DNA of 64,000 nt from Dehalococcoidia bacterium (GTDB lineage Bacteria; Chloroflexota; Dehalococcoidia; UBA2979). Within the stretch, counting starts at the first letter, position 1; every line of letters begins with the position of its first letter. Positions 55,373-64,000 of the stretch are shown here, piece after piece. The position numbers and the translations under genes are program-made. A model generated the notes under the pieces. It saw only the letters and a program-made list of their open reading frames with translations, made no database searches and was not told where the DNA came from. The stretch covers positions 2,973,568 to 3,037,567 of the forward strand of contig OZ250164.1 in NCBI GenBank assembly GCA_965237865.1. Direction: 5' to 3'.

Positions 55373-56551
55373 ATGAAGATCGATATTTTCTCCGAGATGC
55401 AGTACCCGAAGGTGCTGTGGAGCGACGACGGGCAGCACGAGCACCGGATCTTCGAGCAAACGCTCGAGCAGGCCAAGCTGGCGGACGAGATGGGGTACGG
55501 CTGCTGGTGGGAGGTCGAGCATCACACCGCGGTCGAGTTCAGCTACAGCTCCGCGCCCGAGTTGATGCTCACCGCCATCGCCCAGAACACGCAGCAGATC
55601 AGCGTCGGCCATGCCGCGGTGCTGGCGCCCTCGCGCTTCAATCACGCGATCCGGATCGCCGAACGTGCGGCCTTCCTCGACCACCTCAGCAACGGCCGCT
55701 TCCACATGGGTCTGGCCCGCAGCACGGTCCCCGAGTGGCGCACGTTCAACATCGATGCGGATTCGACGCGCGACCAGCTGCAGCAGACCTTCGAGATGAT
55801 TCCGAAGATGTGGACGCAGGAGAAGTTCTCCTGGAAGAGCGACCAGTACGAGATCAACGACGTCTCGATCATTCCGAAGCCGTACCAGAAGCCGCACCCG
55901 CCGCTCTGGCAGGCCTGTAGCAGCATCCCGTCATTCGAGCAGGCAGGGCGCAACGGTGTGGGGGCGCTCGGCGTCACGCTCTGGGCTTCGCTCGACGAGG
56001 TGCAGGGCATGGTCGACGTCTACCGGCAGGCGTCGAAGGAGTGCGAGAAGCCGGTCGGCGAGTTTCAGAATAATCAGATCGCGTTCTTCACCTTCGTGCA
56101 CGGGGCGGACAGCAGGGAGGAGGCCCTTGCGAACGGCGCCGCAGGCGCCGCGGCCTGGTACACCAACGAGGCGTTCACCTTCTTCGAGGTGCGCGACATC
56201 TTCATCGACCTTGCGAACGAGATGGCAGCCGCCGCGAGCGATCCTGCCGGTGGCGGTCTCGTCGGGCAGTACGCCCGCGATCACAGCGATCCCAGCGAGG
56301 CGGCGATGCTGATCGGACGCATCATGGAGGGTGAGGAGATCGACGAGCGGGAGCTGTTCGATGTCCTCAGTCGCCAGGAGTCGTTGATCGTGGGCGATCA
56401 GGATCAGATCCGGGCCGGTCTCAAAATCTACGAGGACATCGGCATCGATCGCCTCATGACCCTCCACCAGGTCGGCCCGATCCCGCACGAGAAGATCATG
56501 AAGAGCATCCGGCTCGTCGGCGAGTTGATTCCCGAGTTCCACGGCTCCTGA
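55373..56551 (+). CDS. LLM class flavin-dependent oxidoreductase (luciferase-like)
   Basis: WEVEHH, YSSAPE, RIAERAAFLDHLSNGR, PKPYQKPHPPLW. Confidence 0.93.
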   Translation: MKIDIFSEMQYPKVLWSDDGQHEHRIFEQTLEQAKLADEMGYGCWWEVEHHTAVEFSYSSAPELMLTAIAQNTQQISVGHAAVLAPSRFNHAIRIAERAAFLDHLSNGRFHMGLARSTVPEWRTFNIDADSTRDQLQQTFEMIPKMWTQEKFSWKSDQYEINDVSIIPKPYQKPHPPLWQACSSIPSFEQAGRNGVGALGVTLWASLDEVQGMVDVYRQASKECEKPVGEFQNNQIAFFTFVHGADSREEALANGAAGAAAWYTNEAFTFFEVRDIFIDLANEMAAAASDPAGGGLVGQYARDHSDPSEAAMLIGRIMEGEEIDERELFDVLSRQESLIVGDQDQIRAGLKIYEDIGIDRLMTLHQVGPIPHEKIMKSIRLVGELIPEFHGS

Positions 56552-56566
56552 CCCGCGGGCCGGGCG

Positions 56567-56591
56567 GCGGGCTCAGCCCGGCTGAGCCCGC
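56567..56591 (+). terminator. GC-rich hairpin after the LLM gene
   Basis: GCGGGCTCAGC-CCG-GCTGAGCCCGC perfect 11-bp stem; no U tract. Confidence 0.45.
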
Positions 56592-56705
56592 TGAGCGCCG
56601 ATCGCACGGCGACCCGAGGACGGTGCGTGGACCGTGCGGAATCCACGCACGTATACTCGCGCCACACCCTGCGGACGCAGGGTCTCCCCGAGGCGCAGGG
56701 GCGCG

Positions 56706-57587
56706 ATGGTCACCGATACGCAGCTCGGCCCTGACGGGTCCGTTCCCGACACTGGCGATCCCGATCTCGAAGCGCTGATCAGGCGCATCCGGCAGCACAT
56801 CGTGCGCATGGTCTTCGACGCGAAGTCGGGGCACATCGGCGGCTCGATGTCGGCCGTCGAGATCATGTCCGTGCTCTACACGCGGCTGATGCGGCACGAT
56901 CCGCAGCGCCCGGACTGGCCGGAGCGCGACCGCTTCGTGATGAGCAAGGGCCACGCGACGCCCGTGCAGTACGCTCTGCTCGCCGAGCTCGGCTACTTTC
57001 CCGTCGAGGAGCTGCGCACCTTCCGCGCGCGCGGCACGCGGCTGCAGGGTCACTCCGTGCTCGGCAAGCCACCGGGGGTGGAGAACAGCGCCGGCTCGCT
57101 GGGCATGGGGCTCTCGTTCGGCCTCGGGATGCGGCTCGCCGCGCGCCTCGGCGGCGCGGACACGCGCGTGTGGGTGCTGATGGGCGACGGCGAGCAGAAC
57201 GAGGGTCAGGTCTGGGAGGCCGCGATGGCCGCCTCGCACCACGCCGCCGAGGGCCTCATCGGGCTGATCGACCGCAACGGCATCCAGAACGACGACCACA
57301 CCGCCTCGACGATGGTGACCGACCCGCTGGACGGCAAATACGAGTCCTTCGGCTGGGCCGTCAGGAGCGACGTGGACGGACACGACACGGCCGCCGTCGA
57401 GGAGGCGCTGCGCTGGGCGAGCGAGGTACGAGGCCAACCCGCCTGCGTGATCTTCAACACCGTGAAGGGACGGGGCGTCTCCTTCATGGAGGACAACCCC
57501 GCGTTCCACGGCGCGCCACCCTCGCCGGAGCAGTTCGAGCAGGCGCTGGCCGAGCTGGGCGCGACGCCGCCGGAGGCGCAGTCATGA
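56706..57587 (+). CDS. Transketolase N-terminal subunit
   Basis: GHIGGSMS, DRFVMSKGHA, GDGEQNEGQVWEA ThDP motif; TATACT -10 at 56652-56657. Confidence 0.94.
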   Translation: MVTDTQLGPDGSVPDTGDPDLEALIRRIRQHIVRMVFDAKSGHIGGSMSAVEIMSVLYTRLMRHDPQRPDWPERDRFVMSKGHATPVQYALLAELGYFPVEELRTFRARGTRLQGHSVLGKPPGVENSAGSLGMGLSFGLGMRLAARLGGADTRVWVLMGDGEQNEGQVWEAAMAASHHAAEGLIGLIDRNGIQNDDHTASTMVTDPLDGKYESFGWAVRSDVDGHDTAAVEEALRWASEVRGQPACVIFNTVKGRGVSFMEDNPAFHGAPPSPEQFEQALAELGATPPEAQS

Positions 57588-58534
57588 CCACCGCACCACC
57601 GCTCGCCGCCACCCGCGAGGCGACCGGCCCGACGCTGATCCGGCTGCACGAGGAGGGCCACGACATCGTCGTGGCCGACGCCGACCTCGGGAAGTCGACC
57701 TCGGCGCGGCTGTTCGGTGACCGCTTCCCGGAGCGCTTCTTCAGCTTCGGCGTGGCGGAGCAGAACATGATCTCGGCTGCCGCGGGGATGGCGGCTATGG
57801 GCAGGATCGCCGTCGCGACCACCTTCGCGGTCTTCGCCGAGCACGCCTACGACCAGCTCCGCATGTCGGTCTCGCAACCGAACCTGAGCGTCAAGATGAT
57901 CGCCTCCCACGGCGGCGTCTCCGTCGGCGAGGACGGCGCGTCCGCGCAGTCGGTCGAGGACATCGCGGTGATGTCCTCGCTGGTCAACTTCCACGTGGTC
58001 GTCCCGGCGGACGTGGTGGAGGCGGCGGCGGTGATCGAGGCCGCCGTGCGCACGCCCGGCCCGTTCTACATCCGCACGGACCGCCCCAAGCACGCCGTGA
58101 TCTACACGGACGGCGCGCGCTTCGAGCTGGGCCGCGCCGACCAGCTGCGCGAGGGCCGGGACGTCACCCTCGTCTCCTACGGCCTGATGGTCGAACGCAC
58201 CCTCGAGGCGGCCGAGCTGCTCGCCGCCGGGGGCATCGAGGCGCGCGTGCTCAACATGGCGACGATCCGCCCGCTCGACGTCGAGGCGCTGACCCGCGCC
58301 GCGGCGGAGACCGGCGCGATCGTGGTCGCCGAGGAGCACCTGATGCACTCCGGCCTCAGCGCGATGAGCGCGCAGGCGCTCGCCTCGCGCGCGCCCGTGC
58401 CGATGGAGTTCGTCGGCGTCGACGATCGCTACGGCGAGTCCGCGCTCTGGCACGAGGTGCTGGATCTTGTCGGGCTGACGCCGCAGGCGATCGCCGCCGC
58501 CGCGCAGCGCGCCGTCGGGCGCAAGACCGGCTAG
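57584..58534 (+). CDS. Transketolase C-terminal subunit
   Basis: ADLGKST, GVAEQNM, GEDGAS, AEEH, DRYGES; ATGA-coupled. Confidence 0.94.
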   Translation: MTTAPPLAATREATGPTLIRLHEEGHDIVVADADLGKSTSARLFGDRFPERFFSFGVAEQNMISAAAGMAAMGRIAVATTFAVFAEHAYDQLRMSVSQPNLSVKMIASHGGVSVGEDGASAQSVEDIAVMSSLVNFHVVVPADVVEAAAVIEAAVRTPGPFYIRTDRPKHAVIYTDGARFELGRADQLREGRDVTLVSYGLMVERTLEAAELLAAGGIEARVLNMATIRPLDVEALTRAAAETGAIVVAEEHLMHSGLSAMSAQALASRAPVPMEFVGVDDRYGESALWHEVLDLVGLTPQAIAAAAQRAVGRKTG

Positions 58535-58543
58535 CCGCGCTTC

Positions 58544-59296
58544 CTACCCGCTCTCGAGGCCGAGCACCGCTGGAATCTCGCGCAGTTCGCTGACCTCGAC
58601 ATGCGGCGCAGCGCCGTCGGCGGGTGCAGGCCAGTCGCCGCGGTTCACCCAGATCGCCGAAAGTCCCGAGGCGCATGCGCCGGCGACATCGTCGATGGGG
58701 TTGTCGCCGATGAAGACGGCGCGCTGCGCGGAGACGCCCAGCGCCTCGAGGGCGGTCGCGAAGATCGCCGGGTCCGGCTTGCGCACGCCGAGTTCGCCCG
58801 AGACCAGGACCACCTCGAAGTGGCGTGCGAGCGCGAACATCTCGATCTTCGGGCGCTGCAGCTCGCTCGGGCCGTTCGAGATCAGGCCGAGCGGGTAGCG
58901 CGCGCCGAGCCGTTCGAGCAGCGGCTCGGCGTCCGGGTAGAGCGTGAAGTGTCCCGGCACGGCCGCCAGGTAGCCCGCGAGGAGCTGCGCAGCCAGGCCG
59001 GCGTCGGGCCCGAGGTGTTCGGCGACGAGCCGCTCGAACGCCTCGACGGTGAATCGCGCCTGCCACTCGCCGTAGCCGGCGGCGCGGTGAGCCTCCTCGC
59101 CGTAGCGGCGGAAGTGCTCGTCGTAGATCGCGGTCGGCGATCCGAGCCGCTGCAGGGCGGGGCTGCGCGCGTGCAGCGCGGTAATCGCCTCCGCGAAGCC
59201 GGCCCGCCAGCTCCCGCGCGCGTCCACGAGCGTGTCGTCGAGGTCGAAGAGGACCGCCTCGATCTCCTCGGGGGCGGGCAGCCGGGCGGGGCGCAT
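58544..59296 (-). CDS. HAD family hydrolase
   Basis: FDLDDTL, ISNG, KPDPAIF, GDNPIDDVAGA. Confidence 0.92.
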   Translation of the reverse strand: MRPARLPAPEEIEAVLFDLDDTLVDARGSWRAGFAEAITALHARSPALQRLGSPTAIYDEHFRRYGEEAHRAAGYGEWQARFTVEAFERLVAEHLGPDAGLAAQLLAGYLAAVPGHFTLYPDAEPLLERLGARYPLGLISNGPSELQRPKIEMFALARHFEVVLVSGELGVRKPDPAIFATALEALGVSAQRAVFIGDNPIDDVAGACASGLSAIWVNRGDWPAPADGAAPHVEVSELREIPAVLGLESG

Positions 59297-59318
59297 GCGC
59301 GCGGAGCCGGGGCGCGGC

Positions 59319-59651
59319 TCAGGAGGAGCCGTCAGGCTCGTCCTCGCCCTCGCCGTCCTCGTCTTCGTCGTCGCTGTCGTCGGCGAAGACGCCGACCTCT
59401 TCGCCGCGCCAGACGGTGACGATCAGGTCCTCGCGGTAGGGGTCCGCGGTGGAGACGATCTCGTCGTCGAGCGCCTCCAGCAGGTCGTGCAACGTGTCGT
59501 CGGAGACGGACTGGTGGATCACGAGGGTGGCGTGCGCCCCGGCCGCGGTGAGGTGGATGTCGGCGCGCGCGATCGCGTGTTCGGCTTCGTCGATGCGGTA
59601 GGACTCCGAGTAGGGAGTGCGGGCCTCCCGCGTGAACTTGAACTCAGCCAT
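59319..59651 (-). CDS. Hypothetical protein with acidic tail
   Basis: AGGAGG RBS before MAEFKFTREARTPYSE; compact beta/alpha core then DDSDDEDEDGEGEDE. Confidence 0.7.
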   Translation of the reverse strand: MAEFKFTREARTPYSESYRIDEAEHAIARADIHLTAAGAHATLVIHQSVSDDTLHDLLEALDDEIVSTADPYREDLIVTVWRGEEVGVFADDSDDEDEDGEGEDEPDGSS

Positions 59652-59777
59652 CTGTCCCTCCTCGGAGGCGCAAGCGGAGCGGTGGCGGAGGCGGCGCACT
59701 TTGCCGCGCCCTCACGCCATTCGACCTTACCGCGAGTGAGCCGCAGGCGCTCGCCGGGGCTCGCGTCTGTGGCGGCG

Positions 59778-61049
59778 TCAGGTGCGGATCTGGCCGCGGC
59801 CGAGCACGACCCACTTGTACGAGGTCAGCTCGCGCAGCCCCATCGGCCCGCGCGCGTGCATCTTCTGCGTCGAGATCCCGACCTCGCAGCCGAGCCCGAA
59901 CTGCGCGCCGTCGTTGAAGTAGGTGGAGGCGTTGACGAAGACCGCCGCGGCGTCCGCCTCGCGCAGGAAGCGCTGCGTGGCGGCGTAGGAGTCACTGATG
60001 ATCGCCTCCGAGTGCCCGCTGCCGTGCTCCTCGATGTGCGCGAGCGCGTCGTCGAGCGAGTCCACGATGCGCAGCGAGCAGTCGAGCGAGAGCCACTCGC
60101 GGTCGTAGTCCTCCTCGGCGACGGGGACCGCGTTCGGGGCCTCGCCGGCGAGCGCGCCGGCGCGCGCGTCGGCGTGCACGGTGACGCCGCGTTCGCCGAG
60201 CGCGCGGGTGATGCGCGGCACGAACTCGGCCGCCACCTCGCGGTGCACGAGCAGCGTGTCCATGGCGTTACAGACCGAGGGCCGCTGCGTCTTCGCGTTG
60301 ATGACGATCGGCGCAGCCATCTCGAGGTCGGCGCCGGCGTCGATGTAGGTGTGGCAGACGCCGATGCCGCCAGCGACGACGGGCATTGCAGCCTCGTCGC
60401 GGACGCGGCGGATCAGGTCGGCGCCACCGCGCGGGATCATCAGGTCGATCTGCTCGGCGGCGCGCAGCATCGCGCCGACCTCGGCGCGGTCGGTGGACTG
60501 GATGAACTCGATGCAGTGCTCGGGCAGGCCGGCGGCGGAGGCCTCGCGCGCGGCGATCGCCGCGAGGACCGAGGAGGTCGCGTGCGCGTCGCTGCCGGAG
60601 CGCAGCAGCACGCCGTTGCCGGACTTGAGGCAGACCGAGGCGATGTCGATCGTCACGTTGGGCCGCGCCTCGTAGATCGAGCCGATCACGCCGAGGGGCA
60701 CGCGCATGCGCCCCACCTGCAGCCCATTGGGGCGCGTCAGCAGCTCCTCGATCTGGCCGACGGGGTCGGGCAGCGCGGCGACCGCGCGCACGTCCCCGGC
60801 CATCGACGCGATGCGCTCCGGGGTGAGCGTCATGCGGTCCAGGAAGGAGCCGCTGACGCCGTTCTGCTCCGCGCGCTCGAGCTCGGGTCCGTTGACCGCG
60901 AGGATCGCGTCGCTCTCCGCCTCGAGGGCGTCGGCGATCGCCTCCAGGGCCGCGTTCTTGCGGTCGGTGAGTGTGGTGGCGAGGCGGCGGCTGGCCTCGC
61001 GCACGCGGGAGGCGCGCTCGACGGCCTCGGACTGCGTGGTAGTCGTCAT
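59778..61049 (-). CDS. proA: Gamma-glutamyl phosphate reductase
   Basis: RVPLGVIGSIYEARPN, IPRGG, CNAMDTLL, VNAST, GISTQKMHARGPMG. Confidence 0.96.
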   Translation of the reverse strand: MTTTTQSEAVERASRVREASRRLATTLTDRKNAALEAIADALEAESDAILAVNGPELERAEQNGVSGSFLDRMTLTPERIASMAGDVRAVAALPDPVGQIEELLTRPNGLQVGRMRVPLGVIGSIYEARPNVTIDIASVCLKSGNGVLLRSGSDAHATSSVLAAIAAREASAAGLPEHCIEFIQSTDRAEVGAMLRAAEQIDLMIPRGGADLIRRVRDEAAMPVVAGGIGVCHTYIDAGADLEMAAPIVINAKTQRPSVCNAMDTLLVHREVAAEFVPRITRALGERGVTVHADARAGALAGEAPNAVPVAEEDYDREWLSLDCSLRIVDSLDDALAHIEEHGSGHSEAIISDSYAATQRFLREADAAAVFVNASTYFNDGAQFGLGCEVGISTQKMHARGPMGLRELTSYKWVVLGRGQIRT

Positions 61050-61094
61050 GCGTACGAGTCTATCCGGCCACGGCGGGGCCGTCTCCCCGACGGT

Positions 61095-62177
61095 CTACGG
61101 CGCCGCTTCGAGCCACAGCGGCACGATGTCGCGCGGCGGCGGGAAGCCCTGCCCGCCCGATACGTCCTCCTCGAACACCTCGAGGTGCGCGAGTTGTCGC
61201 TGGGCGCTCTCGTACTCGACCGTGAAGCTGAACGAGCCCGGCCCGTCGACGCCTCCGCCCATCGCGAATCCTTCCGCGAGGACCGCGCCGCTGCGATCGA
61301 GCAGCTGCCAGTTGACGTTCGACTCGAACGTGCGCGAGCAGCCGCTGACCCGGAACCCGCTCGCCACTGCGTCGCCGCTGTCCGGCGAGCGCACGATGAC
61401 CAGCGCCGCATCGGGCAGGCTCGCGTCACACGCGAACGCGCTGTCGCCGTCGCCGCTCACCTCAGCCAGGTCACCGCCTTGCAGACGGAACTGGCGGATG
61501 ACGGGAACCGAGGGCGGCTCGACGAAGGGCGCGTCGGGCGGACGATCGAGCATCGCGACGGTGATGACGCCGGCGTGGACGGAGACGCCCTCGATCCGGA
61601 TGCGGTCACCGAGGAAGGCAACGTCGGCGTCCCGCAGGTCGTCATCGTCTTTGATCAGCGCGTGCAGGTAGAAGAACGTGCCGCTCCCGCCGGGCTCCTC
61701 GACGGTGATCGCCGCTGCATCGAGATCGCCCTGCCCGTCGAGGTCGCCGAGCGACCACTTGCCGAGCCGGATCACGAGTTCGGCCGCCGAGCCCGGTGCG
61801 GCCGGCGCGCGGAACTCACCACCTTCGAGTGCGGCGGAGCCGTCGCGGGTGTTCTCCGTGAGGTAGGTGGCCGACTCGAGGTTCGTGACCACAAGGTCTG
61901 TCGTCTCGACCATGCCGACGGTAATCGGCGATGAACTCAGCCACCGGCCCTCTCTCCCGCTCGCCGGGAAGAACCGGCGCGCGGGCAGGATGCGCTCGCC
62001 CCACCCGCTGCCCTCGCGTTCCTGGAGCGCTACCTCGATGCGACCGTCCTCGAGGCGCATCGCGGTGATTCGCACCTCGGTGCCGCTGTCGTGCGCGGCG
62101 GCGATCCCCGCGCCGAGCGCGATCACGGCCACGAGCAGCCCAATGAAGAGGGTCTTCCCTCTTTGCATCAGCATCAC
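61095..62177 (-). CDS. Secreted multidomain protein with a C-terminal Gmad2-like Ig domain
   Basis: Signal peptide; C-terminal VSGCSRTFESNVNWQLLD...G.F...VEY...PRDIVPL. Confidence 0.75.
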   Translation of the reverse strand: MMLMQRGKTLFIGLLVAVIALGAGIAAAHDSGTEVRITAMRLEDGRIEVALQEREGSGWGERILPARRFFPASGREGRWLSSSPITVGMVETTDLVVTNLESATYLTENTRDGSAALEGGEFRAPAAPGSAAELVIRLGKWSLGDLDGQGDLDAAAITVEEPGGSGTFFYLHALIKDDDDLRDADVAFLGDRIRIEGVSVHAGVITVAMLDRPPDAPFVEPPSVPVIRQFRLQGGDLAEVSGDGDSAFACDASLPDAALVIVRSPDSGDAVASGFRVSGCSRTFESNVNWQLLDRSGAVLAEGFAMGGGVDGPGSFSFTVEYESAQRQLAHLEVFEEDVSGGQGFPPPRDIVPLWLEAAP

Positions 62178-62395
62178 GATGGTCTCCGATCACTCTCCAG
62201 TTGCTCGTCGGTTGTCGGCGACGCCGGGACGGCGCTGCCGGCCACGTGGCTCACCGAAGCGGCACGACCTCGCTTCACAGCGGCGCCGTCCGGTCGCCGT
62301 CGCCGAAGATCGCGCGCCAGGCGACGCGCTCGACGAGACCAGCGGCCAGCGGCGACGTCACCTCCGGCATCCTCACTCGCTGCGGCGAGCACCAC

Positions 62396-62420
62396 CGGCA
62401 CGATGTTGCGCGGGGGTGGG
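62396..62420 (-). pseudogene. Remnant copy of the Gmad2-gene C-terminus
   Basis: 22/25 identity to 61119-61143; reads PPPRNIVP versus PPPRDIVP. Confidence 0.5.
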
Positions 62421-62465
62421 TAGCATCGAGGCCGCCGGAAGGCGTCCCAGAGTTGCGCTGCCGCG

Positions 62466-63506
62466 TCACTCCCCCCTTGCGCCCGTGATGTCCCTGCGCT
62501 GGAAGAGCCAGATAGCGGCAGCAACCAAGACCGCCGTGTACGCCAGCAGCACGAGGAACGCCCTGAGGGTGTCAGGCTGCTCGACGACTGCTCCGAGGGC
62601 CTGTTGGGCTTCCGTCGTGGACGCTGTGCTCATCCATTCAGTCGCGTTGGCGCCCAAGAGAGCTACGTCCAGGGCATCCGCCAACCAGTCGGCGATCAGT
62701 CCGACCACGGGAGCGAACAGCAGTTCCATGACGTAGTAGGCCAACGACAGCGACATGCCCATGGCCGTGGACTGGGTCAACACTGCCATGAACACACCCA
62801 GCGCAACGTATGGTGCGAGGGCGAACGCCAGCTTGGCCGCTATCTTTATCGTGCTCAGCCACTCCCCGGAGATGAGCGTTCCATCCTCCGCCGGCGGTAT
62901 GACTCCCGCGAGAAGGCTGGCAATACCGGCGGAGACGCCAATGACGACAACCCAGGCCGTGACGACGACCATGAGCATGACGAGCTTGCCGGTGAGGAAC
63001 TGCCAACGTCCGACGCCCCTGACCAACGTTGTCCTGAGCGTACCCAATCCGTACTCCAGGCCCATGACCGACGCCGCCAGGATCAGCACGGGGATGACGA
63101 GTATCACAGTGGCCCCGCCGAGGACCAAGCCGACGCCGGATGGCAGCGTGAGAAACTCCCGGACTTCGTCCGGCGTACTGTAGCCTGCGCAGCTGCCGCG
63201 CCACTCGGCCACCTCCGCGCGGGCGTTCTGTTCGCTTTCCCCTTCGACCTTGCTTGCGATGAGCTCGAGTTTCTCCGCGTCGCTCCCATCCACCACGTCC
63301 TCGCACGTGATTACAACGGAGCCGTCGCTGTGGTGGTACTCGTACGGCTCCTCGACGCCTATGTCGCCGACGTGGAACACGACGTAGTTAGCCCAGAAGA
63401 TAACCTGGACAATGAGCAAGACGACGCCCAGCAGAATCCATGGCATCCACCGCCTGCGAACCTTGCTCCACTCTCCTATCGCGAGGCGCAGGACGTGGGC
63501 TGTCAT
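62466..63506 (-). CDS. ABC transporter permease
   Basis: EWSKVRRR, EYGLGTLRTTLVRGVGRWQFLTGK, FQRRDI; lower GC by eye. Confidence 0.88.
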   Translation of the reverse strand: MTAHVLRLAIGEWSKVRRRWMPWILLGVVLLIVQVIFWANYVVFHVGDIGVEEPYEYHHSDGSVVITCEDVVDGSDAEKLELIASKVEGESEQNARAEVAEWRGSCAGYSTPDEVREFLTLPSGVGLVLGGATVILVIPVLILAASVMGLEYGLGTLRTTLVRGVGRWQFLTGKLVMLMVVVTAWVVVIGVSAGIASLLAGVIPPAEDGTLISGEWLSTIKIAAKLAFALAPYVALGVFMAVLTQSTAMGMSLSLAYYVMELLFAPVVGLIADWLADALDVALLGANATEWMSTASTTEAQQALGAVVEQPDTLRAFLVLLAYTAVLVAAAIWLFQRRDITGARGE

Positions 63507-64000
63507 TCGCCCGCTCCTTCCTCGCTGCCGGTGATGTCCAGGAAATACTCCTCGAGGGACGTCACGACGGGCGCCATCTCCGTCACATAGACCTCGGAGT
63601 GGCTCAAAGCCGCCGTCAACTCGCCTGAGCGTTCTGTGGGCGCCGTCACCGCAAGCGCGCCGTCCTCCGTCGCTCCCACCTCCCCGGTCCAGTCCAGCGC
63701 CGAGAGTATCTCGCGGGCCTTCACGTCGTCGGTGGTCTTCACGCGGACCTGTTCGCCCCTGGCCGAGCGCACCAGTTCGGTGACGTCGCCCTGGGCTACC
63801 AGCCGCCCCCTCGAGATGATGGTGACGCTGTCGCAGACCTGTTCGACCTCGTGCAGCAGGTGGCTCGACAACAGCACCGTCCGGTCGCCGTCGCCGAGGC
63901 TCCGTATCAGCTCGCGCACCTGGATCATGCCTGCGGGGTCCAGGCCGTTGGTGGGCTCATCCAGGCACACGATCTCCGGGTCGCCGAGCAGGGCGTAGCC
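63503..64000 (-). CDS. ABC transporter ATP-binding protein, C-terminal part (continues beyond the window)
   Basis: ...ALLGDPEIVCLDEPTNGLDPAG, SSHLLHEVEQVCD. Confidence 0.92.
   Translation of the reverse strand, partial: GYALLGDPEIVCLDEPTNGLDPAGMIQVRELIRSLGDGDRTVLLSSHLLHEVEQVCDSVTIISRGRLVAQGDVTELVRSARGEQVRVKTTDDVKAREILSALDWTGEVGATEDGALAVTAPTERSGELTAALSHSEVYVTEMAPVVTSLEEYFLDITGSEEGAGE

Overview
High-GC bacterial chromosomal window, most likely Chloroflexota/Dehalococcoidia-like (inferred from the RpoB/RpoC architecture, an 11-subunit complex I lacking NuoEFG and the gene repertoire; no database search was run). The backbone is housekeeping: pheA, trkA pair, pdxST, tmk, thiolase, thrB, lysC, valS, fhs, nuoABCDHIJKLMN, two glnA paralogues with an actinobacterial GlnR-like regulator, rpoBC, split transketolase and proA. 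Small accessory patches are interspersed, several visibly lower in GC: two SDRs, a Fic gene with a 72-bp palindromic repeat array, a VapBC deletion-fusion, a DUF3467-like/HicB-like/HicA-like three-gene cassette and ABC transporters. I found no tRNA, rRNA, CRISPR array, integrase or transposase. The main unexplained signals are: (i) the three-gene TA-like cassette inserted at the glnA stop codon; (ii) five short direct-repeat or duplication scars at accessory junctions; (iii) a four-site 11-nt-phased GlnR-box-like array upstream of glnA; (iv) structured leaders upstream of valS and rpoB; (v) a zinc-ribbon microprotein under LexA-like boxes. Start codons were adjusted from the ORF track where RBS, promoter or homology argued for it. 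All family calls are from motif recognition by eye.
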